Assembly (NCBI GenBank): GCA_013239625.1
Contig: MU054831.1
Span: forward strand, 435,457 to 499,456
From: Lama guanicoe
Taxonomy: Eukaryota
Direction: 5' to 3'
Length of the DNA stretch: 64,000 nucleotides
Shown here: in pieces, positions 24,777 to 36,514 of the stretch
How the letters are laid out: each line of letters opens with the position of its first letter
How positions within the stretch are numbered: the first letter of the stretch is position 1
Notes under the pieces: model-generated
Told to the model about the DNA's origin: nothing
Database searches by the model: none
Seen by the model: the letters and a program-made list of their open reading frames with translations, nothing else
Program-made: the position numbers and the translations under genes

Positions 24777-26547
24777 TTTCCTTGACTTCATAAAAGCCAA
24801 AATGTTTGCCCTCTTCCTTTCCCACCCCCTTGTTCCCCCGCCTGCCATCCAGGTCCTCCTTCCAGCTGCCAAGGCCCAAGCAGCCAGCCCCCGAGGGGGG
24901 TGCAGTGGAGAGCCGCATGGAGCCAGGGCAGAAGGGTGGCAGGTCTCGGGCGGCCCTGGCTCTGCCCATGTTGGGGCTCCGCCCGGCCATGCACCACTTG
25001 AGGTACGCTGTGGCTGCCGTGGCGTTGGGGCCCCACCCGAGAAGCGCGGGGCAGGGAGGAGTGGCCAGTGGGGCTCTCGTCTGCACACACTGCCTTCAGC
25101 GCCCTGGCACCTGCTCCCCCGGACGCCATGCGTTGAGCTGCCTTCTTCCTACCTCGGAGCCAGCGTGGGCGCGTCTCGTGCTTGGGGGGTGCGCCCCCAG
25201 CACTCGGCCTCTTGGCCCGGGCTTCTCCAGTGGTCCGTGCCTGCTGTGTCCCTGGGGCTGCAAGCCGTGTGTGCCTGGGCTCCTGGGCTCGAGGCTGCAC
25301 CCGCCCTCCCCTGCAGGGCCCAGCCCCAGGCTGTCCTTGGACGCAGCCTTGGAGGCCGTGCACAGGCCTGTGGCAGTTGGCCGGAGAGTCAGGCGTCCTG
25401 GTCTGGGGTGGAGAGAGGCTGTCGCTGTGGGGAGGCTCTTCTTTCTCAGGTGGGTGTCGGTCCCCAGACTTGGCGAGTCAGGGTGCCCCAGCCGGCTTGG
25501 CTGGGCCCCTCTGGAGACAGAAAGGTGGGGCCCAGGCAGCACAGAGGCCCCTGTGTGTCGTTTTGAGTGAGAACTGAGGACTAGCCCTTGTCCTGGGCTG
25601 CTGGTTCCTGCCCTCAGGGAGGTGACTTGGGTCACTCTCGAGTTGTCCCTGTTAACCTGCCAGAGTCCCTAAAGAAGCCAACTCGAGCCCTGGGGAGTCA
25701 CTTCTGCTTTGACCACCTTCCCCCTCTCCCTACCCCCTCAGGTTTTCACTCAATTTAATAACTCAAGCTTGGTGACCTTTTGACTCAAATTCCTGCGCAG
25801 ACCAGGCACCGCTCGCTCAGCCCAGCCTAGCTCAGCCACCTCTGCAGGCCCCATTAGCTCGAGCAGTCTTGAATGTGCCCGGGTGTGAGTGTGAAAACTC
25901 GGGTAGGACAGAAGGAACGTTTGCTTGAGTGCAGTGGGCCGGGTGACCCTAAATTAGGCCGAGCTGATGGGAACAGCGAGGGAGAAGGAAAGGCCTTTCT
26001 CAGGGACCCGTCCGTCAGGCACCTCGCAGGGAAGGGGCCGCTCCTCTTTCCCGCCTGCTTGAGTTGAGGAGCCGCTCCTGTCGGCCGGCTTGCTTCCTCC
26101 CCCTCCCCGGCTCCCTCCGGTTTCCACCCAGACCTACCCTTTGTCTTGTCTACAAAATCCTGCAACATCTAGCCTTGCCCTTCCCTGAAGGTCAGTTTTT
26201 AATTCTCACAACAGATTTTTGCACATGTGCATTTGTTACAGAAAGTCATAGATGCAAACTCCCCTTCCCTGAATTGTTTGGGGTCTCGCTTGCTCTGTCT
26301 TTGGTTGTTGTTAAAGGTTACATGATGACTGTGCCCGGGCCTGTGCCCTGCGCCTCTGATGCTGCAGAGAGAGCCCTGGCGGGAGTGGGGCGTGTGTGTC
26401 CATCCCCTCCTTGTCCAGCGTCTTCCACATCGTGTGTGTCCACAGCTACAATCCGTCCCTTGGCCTTAACTTGGAATTTGGAGATTATATGCAAACATGT
26501 GTAAAAGCTCATGAATATGGATGACACTGGAATTTTATAAATTCTAA

Positions 26548-26553
26548 AATAAA
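26548..26553 (+). terminator. HDLBP: HDLBP distal poly(A) signal (long 3' UTR)
   Basis: AATAAA at the end of an AU-rich block with upstream TGTA and downstream ctgtgctggattcctttt. Confidence 0.65.
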
Positions 26554-27288
26554 ACCTGAAACCAGATATACTGTGCTGGATTCCTTTTAAGACGCCGCGC
26601 GCGTGTCCTCGGTCTTGTGACACCAGGGTGTCTTCACCGCGCTCTCGAGTGGCAGCTGGATGTCCACAGGAGGTTCTAGTCTTTGGTGCAGCTCTCCCAG
26701 CTGGCACGTGCGTCTCAGCCCGGTGTCTGCTGCCCCCGAAGGAGCCACGACGCTGGGAGGCCGGCGGTGGGCACGGTGAGGCTGCCTGCCTGTCCATGGG
26801 CTCCTGTCACCATCAGGGGCGGGGGCAGTCTCCTTGGTGCCCTGGCCTCACTTGTCCCCACTGTGTTACAGCCAGATAGTTGGCCCAGTGACCCAGTAAT
26901 TCCACCCCTAGACATGCACCCTGGGGGGGCACCAGGCAGTGTGGACGAGAGTCTGATGGCAGCGTTATACCTAAGAGCCGGGCAGAATGGGTCACTTGTC
27001 GTCCTCACTCGGGGAGCCCGGCGCGGCAGCCAGGACAGTCCGTCTGTGCAGGATGCTGTAGGGGGGCCCGTGGTCATGGGGTCCCAGGGAAGAGATCAGG
27101 CCTGTGGGTTCCAGTGTCCCAACCTTCCAAGGCCAAGGTGGTGCCTACTGGAGGCGGAGAGGAGCGCTGTGGGGAGGGACCCGCCAGGCATCGCGTCCTG
27201 GGCCATGTCTTCATTTGAACGCCAGTTACATCAGTGTTCAGTTCACAAAAGCCTGAGCATAAAGAGCGTTTTCTTGTGTTTCAGTAAA

Positions 27289-27294
27289 TTTACT
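27289..27294 (-). terminator. Candidate ANO7 poly(A) signal (AGTAAA variant)
   Basis: AT-rich patch downstream of the ANO7 remnant; AGTAAA followed by a U/GU-rich tract on the - strand. Confidence 0.35.
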
Positions 27295-28486
27295 TTGAAA
27301 TTATAAAGTGGAAGACAGCAGCAAGAATGAAGCAGCTGGGAGAGGAGCCCGAGGGCCTGGCGTGGGCACAGCGCCTGCCGCCCACCATCCACAGACCACA
27401 GGCCGGCTCCTCTCCAAGCAGGTCCAGAAAACGCCGGGGCCCCAAACGCAGCCTCAGCCTCCCTGCCTGTCAGGAAGCTGCGTGGAGGGCGCTGGGTGCC
27501 GCCGGGACGAGAGCGGCGGGCCTTTAAAGAACGGTACCGTGTCAGCGAGGACGCTGCTCCAAGGTGTTGCCTGGCGATTCTGGGGAGAAACTGGGCCATA
27601 TGTGTCAAAGCCTTTTTGACCCCGCTGTCCACACTGAGGAGGTCCCGCAAGGGAGTCGGGGGCCAGCAGAGTGGATTTCTGGGCGAGTGTGCCAGCGGGG
27701 CTCCCAGCAGTCGAGGAAGGGAACAGGCCGCTGAGTCGGGAAGCACGGTGTGAACCGACCCAACAGAAGGTCAGGGCGGAAGAAGGCCGTGAAGCCGGTC
27801 AGCGGACGAGGACAGGCTGCAGGCACGGTTACGCCCCCAGTTTTGAAAACAACCACGTGGAAACCCCGAGCATTATAGGAATGTCTTTTCCTCCAAGTGT
27901 TCACCGTCAGCATAAAGCTGTCTCCTGCCAGACCAGCCCCACACGGGTGCTCGTGCTGTGAGGCCTGGTGGGGGGAGCCCAGTGATGGCACAGGAAGAGG
28001 CAGAGGCACGCCCAGAGGCTGGGGACAGTGGCCCGAAGGGAAGGGAAAGATGGCTGGGGTCAAGAAGAGAGAATCGAAGGGCCTGGGCGGGAGATGGGGC
28101 TGGGACAGGCACGCAGAGGGCGTGGCAGGGCAGGAGGGCGGGGCTGCCTCAGAGCGGACACTGCCACTTGAGGGAGAGCAGGTGCAGGGAGCGCCGGGGG
28201 GAGGGCAGGGCCCACGTCCACTGACCTGACTGGAAACAAGCCTCGTCGAGGGGCCGTGTAAACCGGGAGGCAGTCGGGGTCCAGTCAGGGATGAGGGGCA
28301 GGGAGCCGGCAGAGGGCGGTGGGTGACGGAGGCAGCGTCTCAGGTGTGGAGCCATTCCACCCTGCGTTGAGTCAGGAGACTGGAGAGGGGACGGCACAGG
28401 GCAGCTACCCCACAAGCCGCGGGTGCGGGATACCCCTGGCCCCCCTGGGCACAGTGTGCCCCAGCCCTCAGGTGGTGCTGCTGTAG

Positions 28487-28541
28487 TCAGCTGGCCTGGG
28501 GGACTCCCACAGGACCTGGGACAGGGCACAGGAGCAGAGGC
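28487..28541 (-). pseudogene. ANO7: Probable ANO7 terminal coding exon remnant
   Basis: Acceptor cctcag followed by sequence ending VPQAS*, resembling human VPKAS; weak similarity. Confidence 0.4.
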
Positions 28542-28770
28542 CTGAGGCGGCCAAGGGCCTGGCAACTCTGGGCCAGAGGGCCAGGGACTGGGCTGTGGCC
28601 TCTCCGCGGGTGAGCCTCGGACCGCTCCCCATCCCTCTGCCCCCAGCTGGGCTTGGCTGCAGGCCCCTCAGCTGCGGGTCTCCGATGAACCCTGTGACCT
28701 TGGAGGGAGGGTGCTGGGGAGGCCCTGCTGGCTGGCTCCTGGCAGCCTAGGCTTGTGGGCCCAGACTCAC

Positions 28771-28821
28771 CTCTGAGCCTGAGGGCTGGTCCACTTCGCC
28801 TCCGTCTGGTCCAAAAAGAGC
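28771..28821 (-). pseudogene. ANO7: ANO7 exon ~24 remnant
   Basis: cag|ALFGPDGGEVDQPSGSE|gtgagt, similar to human VLFGTNGTKDEQPEGSE. Confidence 0.8.
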
Positions 28822-28919
28822 CTGTTTCCAGGAAAGGGCAGAGGAGGAGGAGAGTGGTTGGACGGACTCCTCACTCCCTCGGGACGGCAGCAGGGCGCCA
28901 GGCTGGGGTCGGCACTCAC

Positions 28920-29019
28920 CTCATTCCCGGCCAGCGCCTGCTCGGCCAAGCAGCACTCCCATTTCACCTCGATCTCCACAGACTCAGGGATGTTGGGGAC
29001 CACAAGGTCGAGGACCCGG
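28920..29019 (-). pseudogene. ANO7: ANO7 exon ~23 remnant (~20-nt 5' deletion)
   Basis: cag|C RVLDLVVPNIPESVEIEVKWECCLAEQALAGNE|gtgagt; HVVFSVG missing. Confidence 0.88.
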
Positions 29020-29493
29020 CTGGCGGGAGCAGGGCTGGTGTGAGTGGTGGGAGAGGGCACCCCCACCCCTGGGCAAAACAAGTGCCTGAGTGGCCTTCAT
29101 GGGGCCAGGGGTGGGCACCTGCTCCCCAGGTGTGGGCTGAGCTGGACAGCAAGCATCAGTGCAGAAAAGGAAACTCCTGGGAGAGGCAGAGGCCATGGCC
29201 AGAGACTGGCCAGAGACCACCCCAGCTCCAGTGGGACGCTCTGCAGTGCCCAGAGCATTCTGATGTCCACACAGTGGGCGACAGAGGCCAGCAGGGAAAT
29301 GAACATGCAAAGAACTGTGAGCTGACCCAGGTGGCAGAACGGTCAGCACTGGGCCCCGCGCCCTTGGTCATGCCGACCCCCACACACCACACGGCGAGGT
29401 CAGGCAAAGCACTGTGGGCGTGGGGACCACCGCGCTGAGGCCAAGAGCGCCAGTGGGGGACATCGGCGGAAGAGCTGAGAGGTGCCTCGGTAC

Positions 29494-29566
29494 CTCACAC
29501 ACGATGACGAAGGCCAGGCAGACGGCTGGGGAGCGGTGTCCCGCATCCTCCCTGGAAGCCTGGCAC
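29494..29566 (-). pseudogene. ANO7: ANO7 exon ~22 remnant (18-nt deletion)
   Basis: cag|G CQASREDAGHRSP------AVCLAFVIVCE|gtaccg; TYWNLL missing. Confidence 0.88.
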
Positions 29567-30049
29567 CTGCAGGGGACGTGGGGCTCCGGGCGCCAGATGC
29601 GCCTCTCAGCTTCCTCGCCGCCTCCCTCACCCGTCCTGAGATTCTGGGCCTGGCTCACCACTGAGGGTGTGTGAAGTGGACAATGTTCCCAAACAGGCTG
29701 CTCTGACAGCACCTTCAGCTTTACCTTGTTGGGGTTTCAAACAGGTAGATGGGCTGGACTGTAACTGAGCCCCACAGTGGCAAACGCCTCATTATCTGGT
29801 AGGTGTGACAGTCCCATAAGTCCGTGCTCCAACAGGTAATGTCAACCCACTTAAACCATGAAAGTGTGCCTTCACGGGACCAGCGGCCACTCTGCCAGAC
29901 ACTGCCCACCCGCCCGCCCAGGGAGCTGCCCAACTGTCACAGCGTGACATTGGGCTTTGCTGCTGTCCGTGTTGCAGGAAGGTGTGACGTTCCATTTTGT
30001 GCCATAGACTTACACGTTGCACTCCTTGGAGAGCATTACCGGGACCAAG

Positions 30050-31650
30050 TTTGCAAGAAAAAAAAACAAAAAATCTTGAAAATAAAAAATACCATCATTG
30101 AGAAAAACTCCTCAGCAAGCAGGGTAAACTTTAAGTGGCTAACTAGACACAGCAGAGCACCATGGGAGCCGGGGACAGTCATGAAGTCGCCCTGCATGCA
30201 CAGAGGGTCACAGAGATCAAAAGGCAAAAGCACTCCAGACAGGTGGAGACATGAGGAGGCCCCAGCAGACAGGGACTTCTGGAAGGGAGGCTGGAAGGGA
30301 GTGTGGAGAAGCATGTTTGAAGGAATAAAATGAGTTGTTTCTAGAACAAAAGAAGAAATCACTCCAGAGCAACAGCACATTGAGTCTCAGCGAGAAACTT
30401 CTGAAAAGAACCGAATCTGTTGGTGATGCGGATCAAAGGAAATGAGAAAAAACTTAAATGCTACAAATGCCTCTGGCAAGAAAAGCCATGTCACAAAAGA
30501 GTAATATTTAGAAGGAGCCTAGGGAAAATATCCCTTAACCCAGAATTTCATACCTGCTACTTGGAGAACAAAGATGGAAATATTTTCAGACATGTAAAAA
30601 CGAACATACATGTGAGTTCACCAGCCACAACATTCCTATAAGAGCTACTAAAGGATCAACTTCAGAAAGAAGAAAAACGAACCCAGAGGGACAGCAATGC
30701 CTAAGAAGCTAGTGTAGCCACAGACGTTAATAAAATATACCAAAGAGTTGGGATTCACAAATGACTGAAAATGTTTTGGTGTGTTTTTCTAATAGTAAAG
30801 TTAAAATTAAGAAGGCTGACGTAGTGGATATGTGTAGAACCTTGCTCCAAAATCAATAAAGATCCTAAGCTCACCTGAAACATGCAAAAGTCTATTGTGA
30901 CCACATCATAAAGGAAGACTCATCGAATGAGAGACTTACATCACATCAACTCCCCCCTCTCCCCCCAAGTAATTCAGACCAAAGTCAATGATTTTTTTTT
31001 GGTAGCATATCAGTGTTTTCCAAGTTGAAAATCTTTTAATGATTCATTCTTCAGTGACTCATGTAACACCAGGAATTAAACACTAACATTTTCATGACTA
31101 TCATAGATTAATTATTCTGATGGTAAATAACTGTTCTCTAGGGTAAAAAAAAAATACAATGTAAATCACAAATATTTTAAAACTAGAGGACACGGATGAG
31201 TCAAAACAAGGATACAATTTACCAAGAATGATCTAGAAGTGGAAATTTGATATAAAAATGATCTCAGAGCCAATCAGAAAGGTAAGGATTTATAGCTGAA
31301 ATGTCATTAAGGTCAGATATAAAGATTCCTACATTAATGGTGTTTTAAGTAGCAAAAAGGAGAAACTCCACCTGTTTGAGAACTTAGTCTTCTAAATAAT
31401 TAATGGATAAATAGGCAAATCACAATTGGAGTGATGAAATATTTCAGAAGTAAAGGAAAGAAGTATTAAGTGGAACGGAGGTTTTAAGCAGTACATTCAA
31501 ATAAATGTATAGACAAAAATTTGTTTATTAAAGCCCAAGAAAGTCTGAAAACAAATGAGTCAACTCCAGAAAATTGCTTTTTAAGAGGAAAGAAAGGATA
31601 GAAACTATCTGGAAAGAAAGTAGGGCCACAGCTACAAGAACAGGAGAGCC
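30050..31650 (+). mobile_element. A-rich ancient L1-like block in ANO7 intron
   Basis: Abrupt A-rich composition; ORF1-like cccagaatttcatacctgc motif. Confidence 0.45.
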
Positions 31651-31819
31651 TAAGAAAATCGTGAGAGTATGACGCGCACGTTTGTGTCACTGCGCCCTAA
31701 AGCTCATTTGAAACAGTCTTCTGCGAGAAGTAAGTACCAGAACTGACTCGGGAAGAAACAGGAAAAGGAAAGAAGCCTGGACCCATGAAAAGAACGGGGC
31801 TGGTACTCACGGCCCCTAC

Positions 31820-31986
31820 CCGCACCACCGCGGTCCCCGGGGTCCCCGCACGGCGGGGTCCCCGAGGCGGGAAAGGGGCGCGGGCCCCGCAGGCTGTGCC
31901 CCCACGCAGCGGCGCAGGGCGCGGGCGCTGGTCCGGCCGGAGGGGGCGCGCGGCGGGAAGTCGCACAACAAGGCCGGCAGGGAGGC
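31820..31986 (-). pseudogene. ANO7: ANO7 exon ~21 remnant (heavily degraded)
   Basis: cag|ASLPALLCDFPPRAPSGRTSARALRRC, similar to human AFLLAFSSDFLPRAYYRWTRAHDLRGF; 3' end approximate. Confidence 0.7.
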
Positions 31987-32061
31987 CTGGGCGGTCTGCG
32001 GGTCAGCGCCCCTCCCCGCCCGACCCCGCGCAGTCGCCGGGCCCCGCCCCAGCGCGCTCAC

Positions 32062-32223
32062 GTTGCCGGTGACCGCCAGGTGCGTGACGCCCGCCAGGAC
32101 GTGAACCCAGACGCCGGCGCTCGCAGACGAACCTGAGCGCGTCCACCCAGTTGTTGAGCGGAGCGAAGAGCGGCGCGAGCGGGCGGGCGGCCACGAAGAT
32201 GGTGATGAAGCCGAGCTGCAGCG
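32062..32223 (-). pseudogene. ANO7: ANO7 exon ~20 remnant (12-nt and 32-nt deletions)
   Basis: LQLGFITIFVAARPLAPLFAPLNNWV----DALRFVCER-(32-nt deletion)-GVWVHVLAGVTHLAVTGN|gtgagc; 162 vs 206 nt. Confidence 0.92.
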
Positions 32224-33506
32224 CTGCGGCGGACGCGAACAGTGTCACCCACCGCCAGGACCCTCCGCCGGCCGCGGCCCGCGAACCATGACTCCTGCCC
32301 GCCCGGCTTCAGCTGGTGGTAAGGGCCACCCGCGCCTGCAACCGATGGCCAACAGTGCCCACCGTAAACCCTGACATCGCTTTTCCGGGAGCCCTTGGGA
32401 GCACCCCTGCCCATCAGCAGGGTCCCAGCCTCTGGTCACTCCTGCAGACTCAGCTGCAGGGCCCCTTCCCTCAGGAAGCCTCCCCTGACTGCTCTCACAG
32501 AGCTGGATGCGTTTCTGGCTGGACATTCAGCCTCCTTATGTAACTGTCCTCTCCGGTGCTTGGCCCACCCTGTGGGCTCCTGGCAGGAGCGACAACAGAA
32601 CCTGCTTCCGACATTAGGGCTGATTTTAGGAAATGGCTCCTTGAAAGGACGTAAAATTCCTAAGGAAAACATCAGGTCCCATTGCCTGTTGTCCAATGGA
32701 GTGGAGACACAAGGTCCACCCCATGCACGTTATCATGGAAAAGCGTGTGTCTCCCTTGTGAACTCTTCTGCCCCCTGTCATCCATAGAACAATGCAGCTA
32801 CTGTCACCCTTTTTGCTTTGGCTGCCAGGGAGCTCAGGGCAATGCATTGGCTTAGGTGCAGCCCTTCAGATTAAGAGTGTGCCATCATTCTTTCTCCTCT
32901 GTTATCGAAGAGTAAGACCCTGGCTGCAGGGACTGGTGTCTACACTGGGCACAGACCCTGCCCTCAAAAAGTGCAATTGCCCCATGTGGGGAACAGCCCC
33001 TACCTGGCAAGAACACGTGCTGAGGGTCAGCCAAGAGTGTGGGCATCGAGAAACTGTCTAGAGAATATCAGCTCCCCAGGCCTATCGCCTCCCAGGTGTA
33101 GCCTTGCCTCTCGGGGTTCCTTAGCCCCCAGGGCCTGAGCACCCCACTTCTCACTCCCTACAGGAGGCTCTGGCCCAGGCTTTCCTGGGTAGGGGAGATT
33201 AAGGCCACTGCAAGAAAGCCCCATCAACTGGCCCCAGGTCTTTTTCCAAACCCTTGTGCCCAGGGTGCTGCCCCTTCCTGCCCTCAGCCAACCTTTCTTG
33301 AGCACTCCCCACTCTGGCCTCCTCAACTCCTTTCCTGATCTTTGTGGGCCTTACTCCACCAGGGAACCTCTGTCATGCTCACCCCTACAATCATGCTTCA
33401 AGGTAGATGAAGACAGGAATGCTGAGGCTGAAAGCCTTTCGGGTGTGTGGCTGCCCCTCCCACCCACGGTGATAGCCACGGCTGCCGCCACCACTAGGGC
33501 GCCTAC

Positions 33507-33652
33507 CCATCCCTAGATATTCGTCAAACAGGTCCTCGCAGGGTAGAAGTTTGTAGTCCGCCTCCCAGGGCACCTGGCCAGCCACCATGGAAGCCCCCAC
33601 CCTCCTCTTCTTGGAGCGGAGCCAGAATTTCTGCCACCAGTCCTCTAGCTTC
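33507..33652 (-). pseudogene. ANO7: ANO7 exon ~19 remnant
   Basis: KLEDWWQKFWLRSKKRR...PWEADYKLLPCEDLFDEYLGM+G|gtaggc; EYLEM changed to EYLGM. Confidence 0.92.
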
Positions 33653-34743
33653 CTGGAGACAGAGCACCCAGGGAAATGCCCCCGTTCTAACAAGTCAGGT
33701 CCTGGGCACCCTGCAAGTAAAGGGCACCAGGAGGAGGAGGGCCTGGGGCCACTGGGCAGGCAGAGCGAGGGGCGACGCTTCGGCCCTCTGGGGCATCACC
33801 TCCCCCAGCAACCCTGCAGTGCCCTCAGGAAAGTCTGCCTCACTCACAGGAGATCTGGGGACAACTGATCCCTCCTGGAAACTGCAAAGAGGTGTCAAGA
33901 GCTGCGTCAAGCTTGGGAGGGAGGGAGGAAGGGAGTAGATGAGGACAGTGGGGCTCATGGTATTACTTCCCCATGCTGCCGCTCGTCCAGCGACACCCTG
34001 CACTTTGGAATCCTGAACTCAGCTTCCCAACACCACCTGCCCTGAGAGTCAGGGCCATGCCCAGTGAGGGCACATGGCTTGGCCAAGGTCCCACAGCTAC
34101 CGTCTGAGGTTCCCCCGGGGAGTCGCCAAGGAGCTGCCATCACGGGAGATCAGGTGTGGAGAGAGATGGTGGAGGGCATCCAGCCTCCGGCCAGATAAGA
34201 AACCACGCCTGGGCAGGCCATTGAAGGCTCTGGCCTAGGACAGGGTCCTAGTTGCCTTGACTGGGGCCACAGTGGTGCCAGTGGGTGGCACTGGGGAGTT
34301 GGGACCCCAGTGGTCTGGGTATTTCTGTTAGGGCAGGTGAAACCAGGGGCCTCCCCTTGCTCCTCCCTCTAGTGTTGTGCTGGGGCCAAAAAACTCGATG
34401 GTCCATCCACAGCAGGCTGCAGACAGGATGGACTGGCATGGATGGGACAGGGCCCAGGAACCCAGGCTTCCTCCCCTCCAAAGTTATCCCCGGGGCGAGA
34501 GAACTCAGTAAGTGTCTGCAGCAACTCTGTAGTGTGGGGGCATCATAGATCCTGCGGGGCAGGTGGCTGGGGCAGAGCCTCCCCTACATTGCACATGAGT
34601 CGCTGAGGTCCACGAGGGGCCAGACCTTCCTTCTGTCCAACCTCTTCTCCCAGCTGGGGCTGGACTGGGGCTGCTGCCCCAGACACTCCCGGGTCCCACA
34701 GTCCCTGGATGCTTCCCAGAGCGGGGTGGGGTGGGTGATTCAC

Positions 34744-34841
34744 GGAACAAGAATCTCCTGCACGTTGTTGATGATCTGCTTTCCCACTGTGATGACCAGG
34801 AGCTCCTGTGCCAACTCAATGAGGCAGCCTCCAGCTACACA
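34744..34841 (-). pseudogene. ANO7: ANO7 exon ~18 remnant (open, TM6)
   Basis: cag|CVAGGCLIELAQELLVITVGKQIINNVQEILV+CC|gtgaat. Confidence 0.92.
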
Positions 34842-35329
34842 CTGCAGCATCAGGGCCTCAGATTAGCTTGTGGGAGGGACCAACCTCATGTCCACCCAGC
34901 TGTCTCTAGGCCTCAAAGGTGGCCCCCACCATGCCCTCATCGCCTTTTCAGACATGCAACAGGCACCTTGAGGATGGCCGAAACCCTCCCGCCTTCCTCC
35001 CTCTTCCCTATCTCACTCAAGCCCCCTCCCCAAGCCTTCCCCAGGACCAACTGGCAGGCTGTGCATGGGAGTGACCAGAGGCACTATCGTATGGCACCCT
35101 GGGTTCTTTTTGGGAACCAACGGGTCAAGCCTAGCCTCTGGCTCAAGAGAGGACCCAAGATGCAGGCCTCAACAGTGACTTGGTCGAGCCAGTGAGGGAT
35201 GGGCCTGGGCTTTCAGGGGGAGCTCGTGGGGCAGCATGCCTTGCAAGGGGGTACCAAGCTAAAGGGTGTCATCCACTGCTACTGGGATGTCAGCCCACAC
35301 TGCAGGATGTCTTCCCTACCAGGTGAGGA

Positions 35330-35495
35330 GAACCTGCCCGAGAGCACAGCCAATGCTGGGGAAAGCAGCGCAACATTGTTTAAACACCTGGATCTAGCCG
35401 TACCTGAGTCCACAGGGCCCTGTATTTCCAATACGGGAGCCAATGAAATTCATTTTTGCTTAAGCCACTTTGAGTTGGGAACTTTTCCCACTGAT
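35330..35495 (+). mobile_element. MaLR (MLT1J/K-like) LTR fragment
   Basis: cacctggatctagccgtacctga...gagccaatgaaattc...gcttaagccactttgagttggg. Confidence 0.55.
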
Positions 35496-36459
35496 AACTG
35501 AAGGCTGCCGGGCTGATGTGCATCGTGTGCAGTCATGGCCCTGAGTTGTGGTCCCATCTGCCCTGTCCCTAGAAAGCCCCTCCCCTCTTGTGGGAAAATG
35601 GAGAGTGTCCCTTGGGGGCAGCCACTCTGCAGGCAGCTGTCAGGCTGGGTCACAACCCAGACCCATGGGAGGTTGCTGTTCTCCCTCCTTCTTCATCAAA
35701 AAGAAGAGGGTCTTTGAGGTGAGGTGCTCAGCAGGAGCTGTTGGACCCCCACCTGTGTCCCCTTGGCCAAGCCCAGAGGCCACTTGTGGACTATTCCAGA
35801 CACAGCCACTCATGCTGCCTCAGGGCGAGCCTGGCCCTCCGCCAGTGAGGAACCAGATGAACCGGGACAATCTGGGGGGTTTTCTACAGTGTCTCAGAGA
35901 GTCTGCGCAGGGTTGAGCCCACACGTCCTCAACGGCGGCCCCGCACTTAAGTGCTCGCAGGTGCACCTCCTCCTGCCATCCTCCTCCGTTTGCATGCTTC
36001 CCGGGGTGACACCTCCACCAATTATGCGCACTCCAGTCTGTTGGGGTCAGCTTTGGGGGCACCCCACACACAGTGATGCTTCGTTCTGCACAGAAGCAGC
36101 TTCTGCTTCTTGAAAAAGCAGGCTCACACCTGGCTCTCAGAGCTGCTGGGCCACGCAAGGGAGCCTGCTGTGCTGGCGGGGGTGGAGGGGGCCAGCCCGG
36201 GAGACGCTGAGCCCCGGAAGGGCCGCCAGCCCCTGCACGCAGTGTGCCAGCCGAGTTCGCGGCAGCGGCATTGCCTCACGGTCCACCCCGATGACTGGAG
36301 CTCCGCTCAGGTGGGAATCGGGAGCCTCTGGGGACACGCGGATTGTGAGTGTTTTGTGGACGGCTGCGAGGGGGCAGAAGCCGTGCGAGGAGGCCGGCGT
36401 GGCGGTCCTAGGGGGCAGGAAGGGCCGTCAGCGGCTAGGGCCGGTCTCCGCGGGCTCAC

Positions 36460-36514
36460 CGCCTGGTTGCGGACCCCAAGCAGGATGTGGCCGTTGCCCG
36501 GATAGCCCACGAAC
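36460..36514 (-). pseudogene. ANO7: ANO7 exon ~17 remnant
   Basis: cag|G FVGYPGNGHILLGVRNQA|gtgagc; human ends RNEE. Confidence 0.9.

Larger units (their letters stand above)
31810..32345. promoter_or_regulatory. Intragenic CpG island over ANO7 exons ~20-21
   Basis: Very high GC and CpG density; GC boxes (ccccgcccc). Confidence 0.7.

Noticed and set aside
24697-25570. 289- and 254-aa ORFs in the HDLBP 3' region
   Set aside because: Overlapping ORFs in several frames with low-complexity P/G/A/R content and non-ATG starts; UTR sequence.
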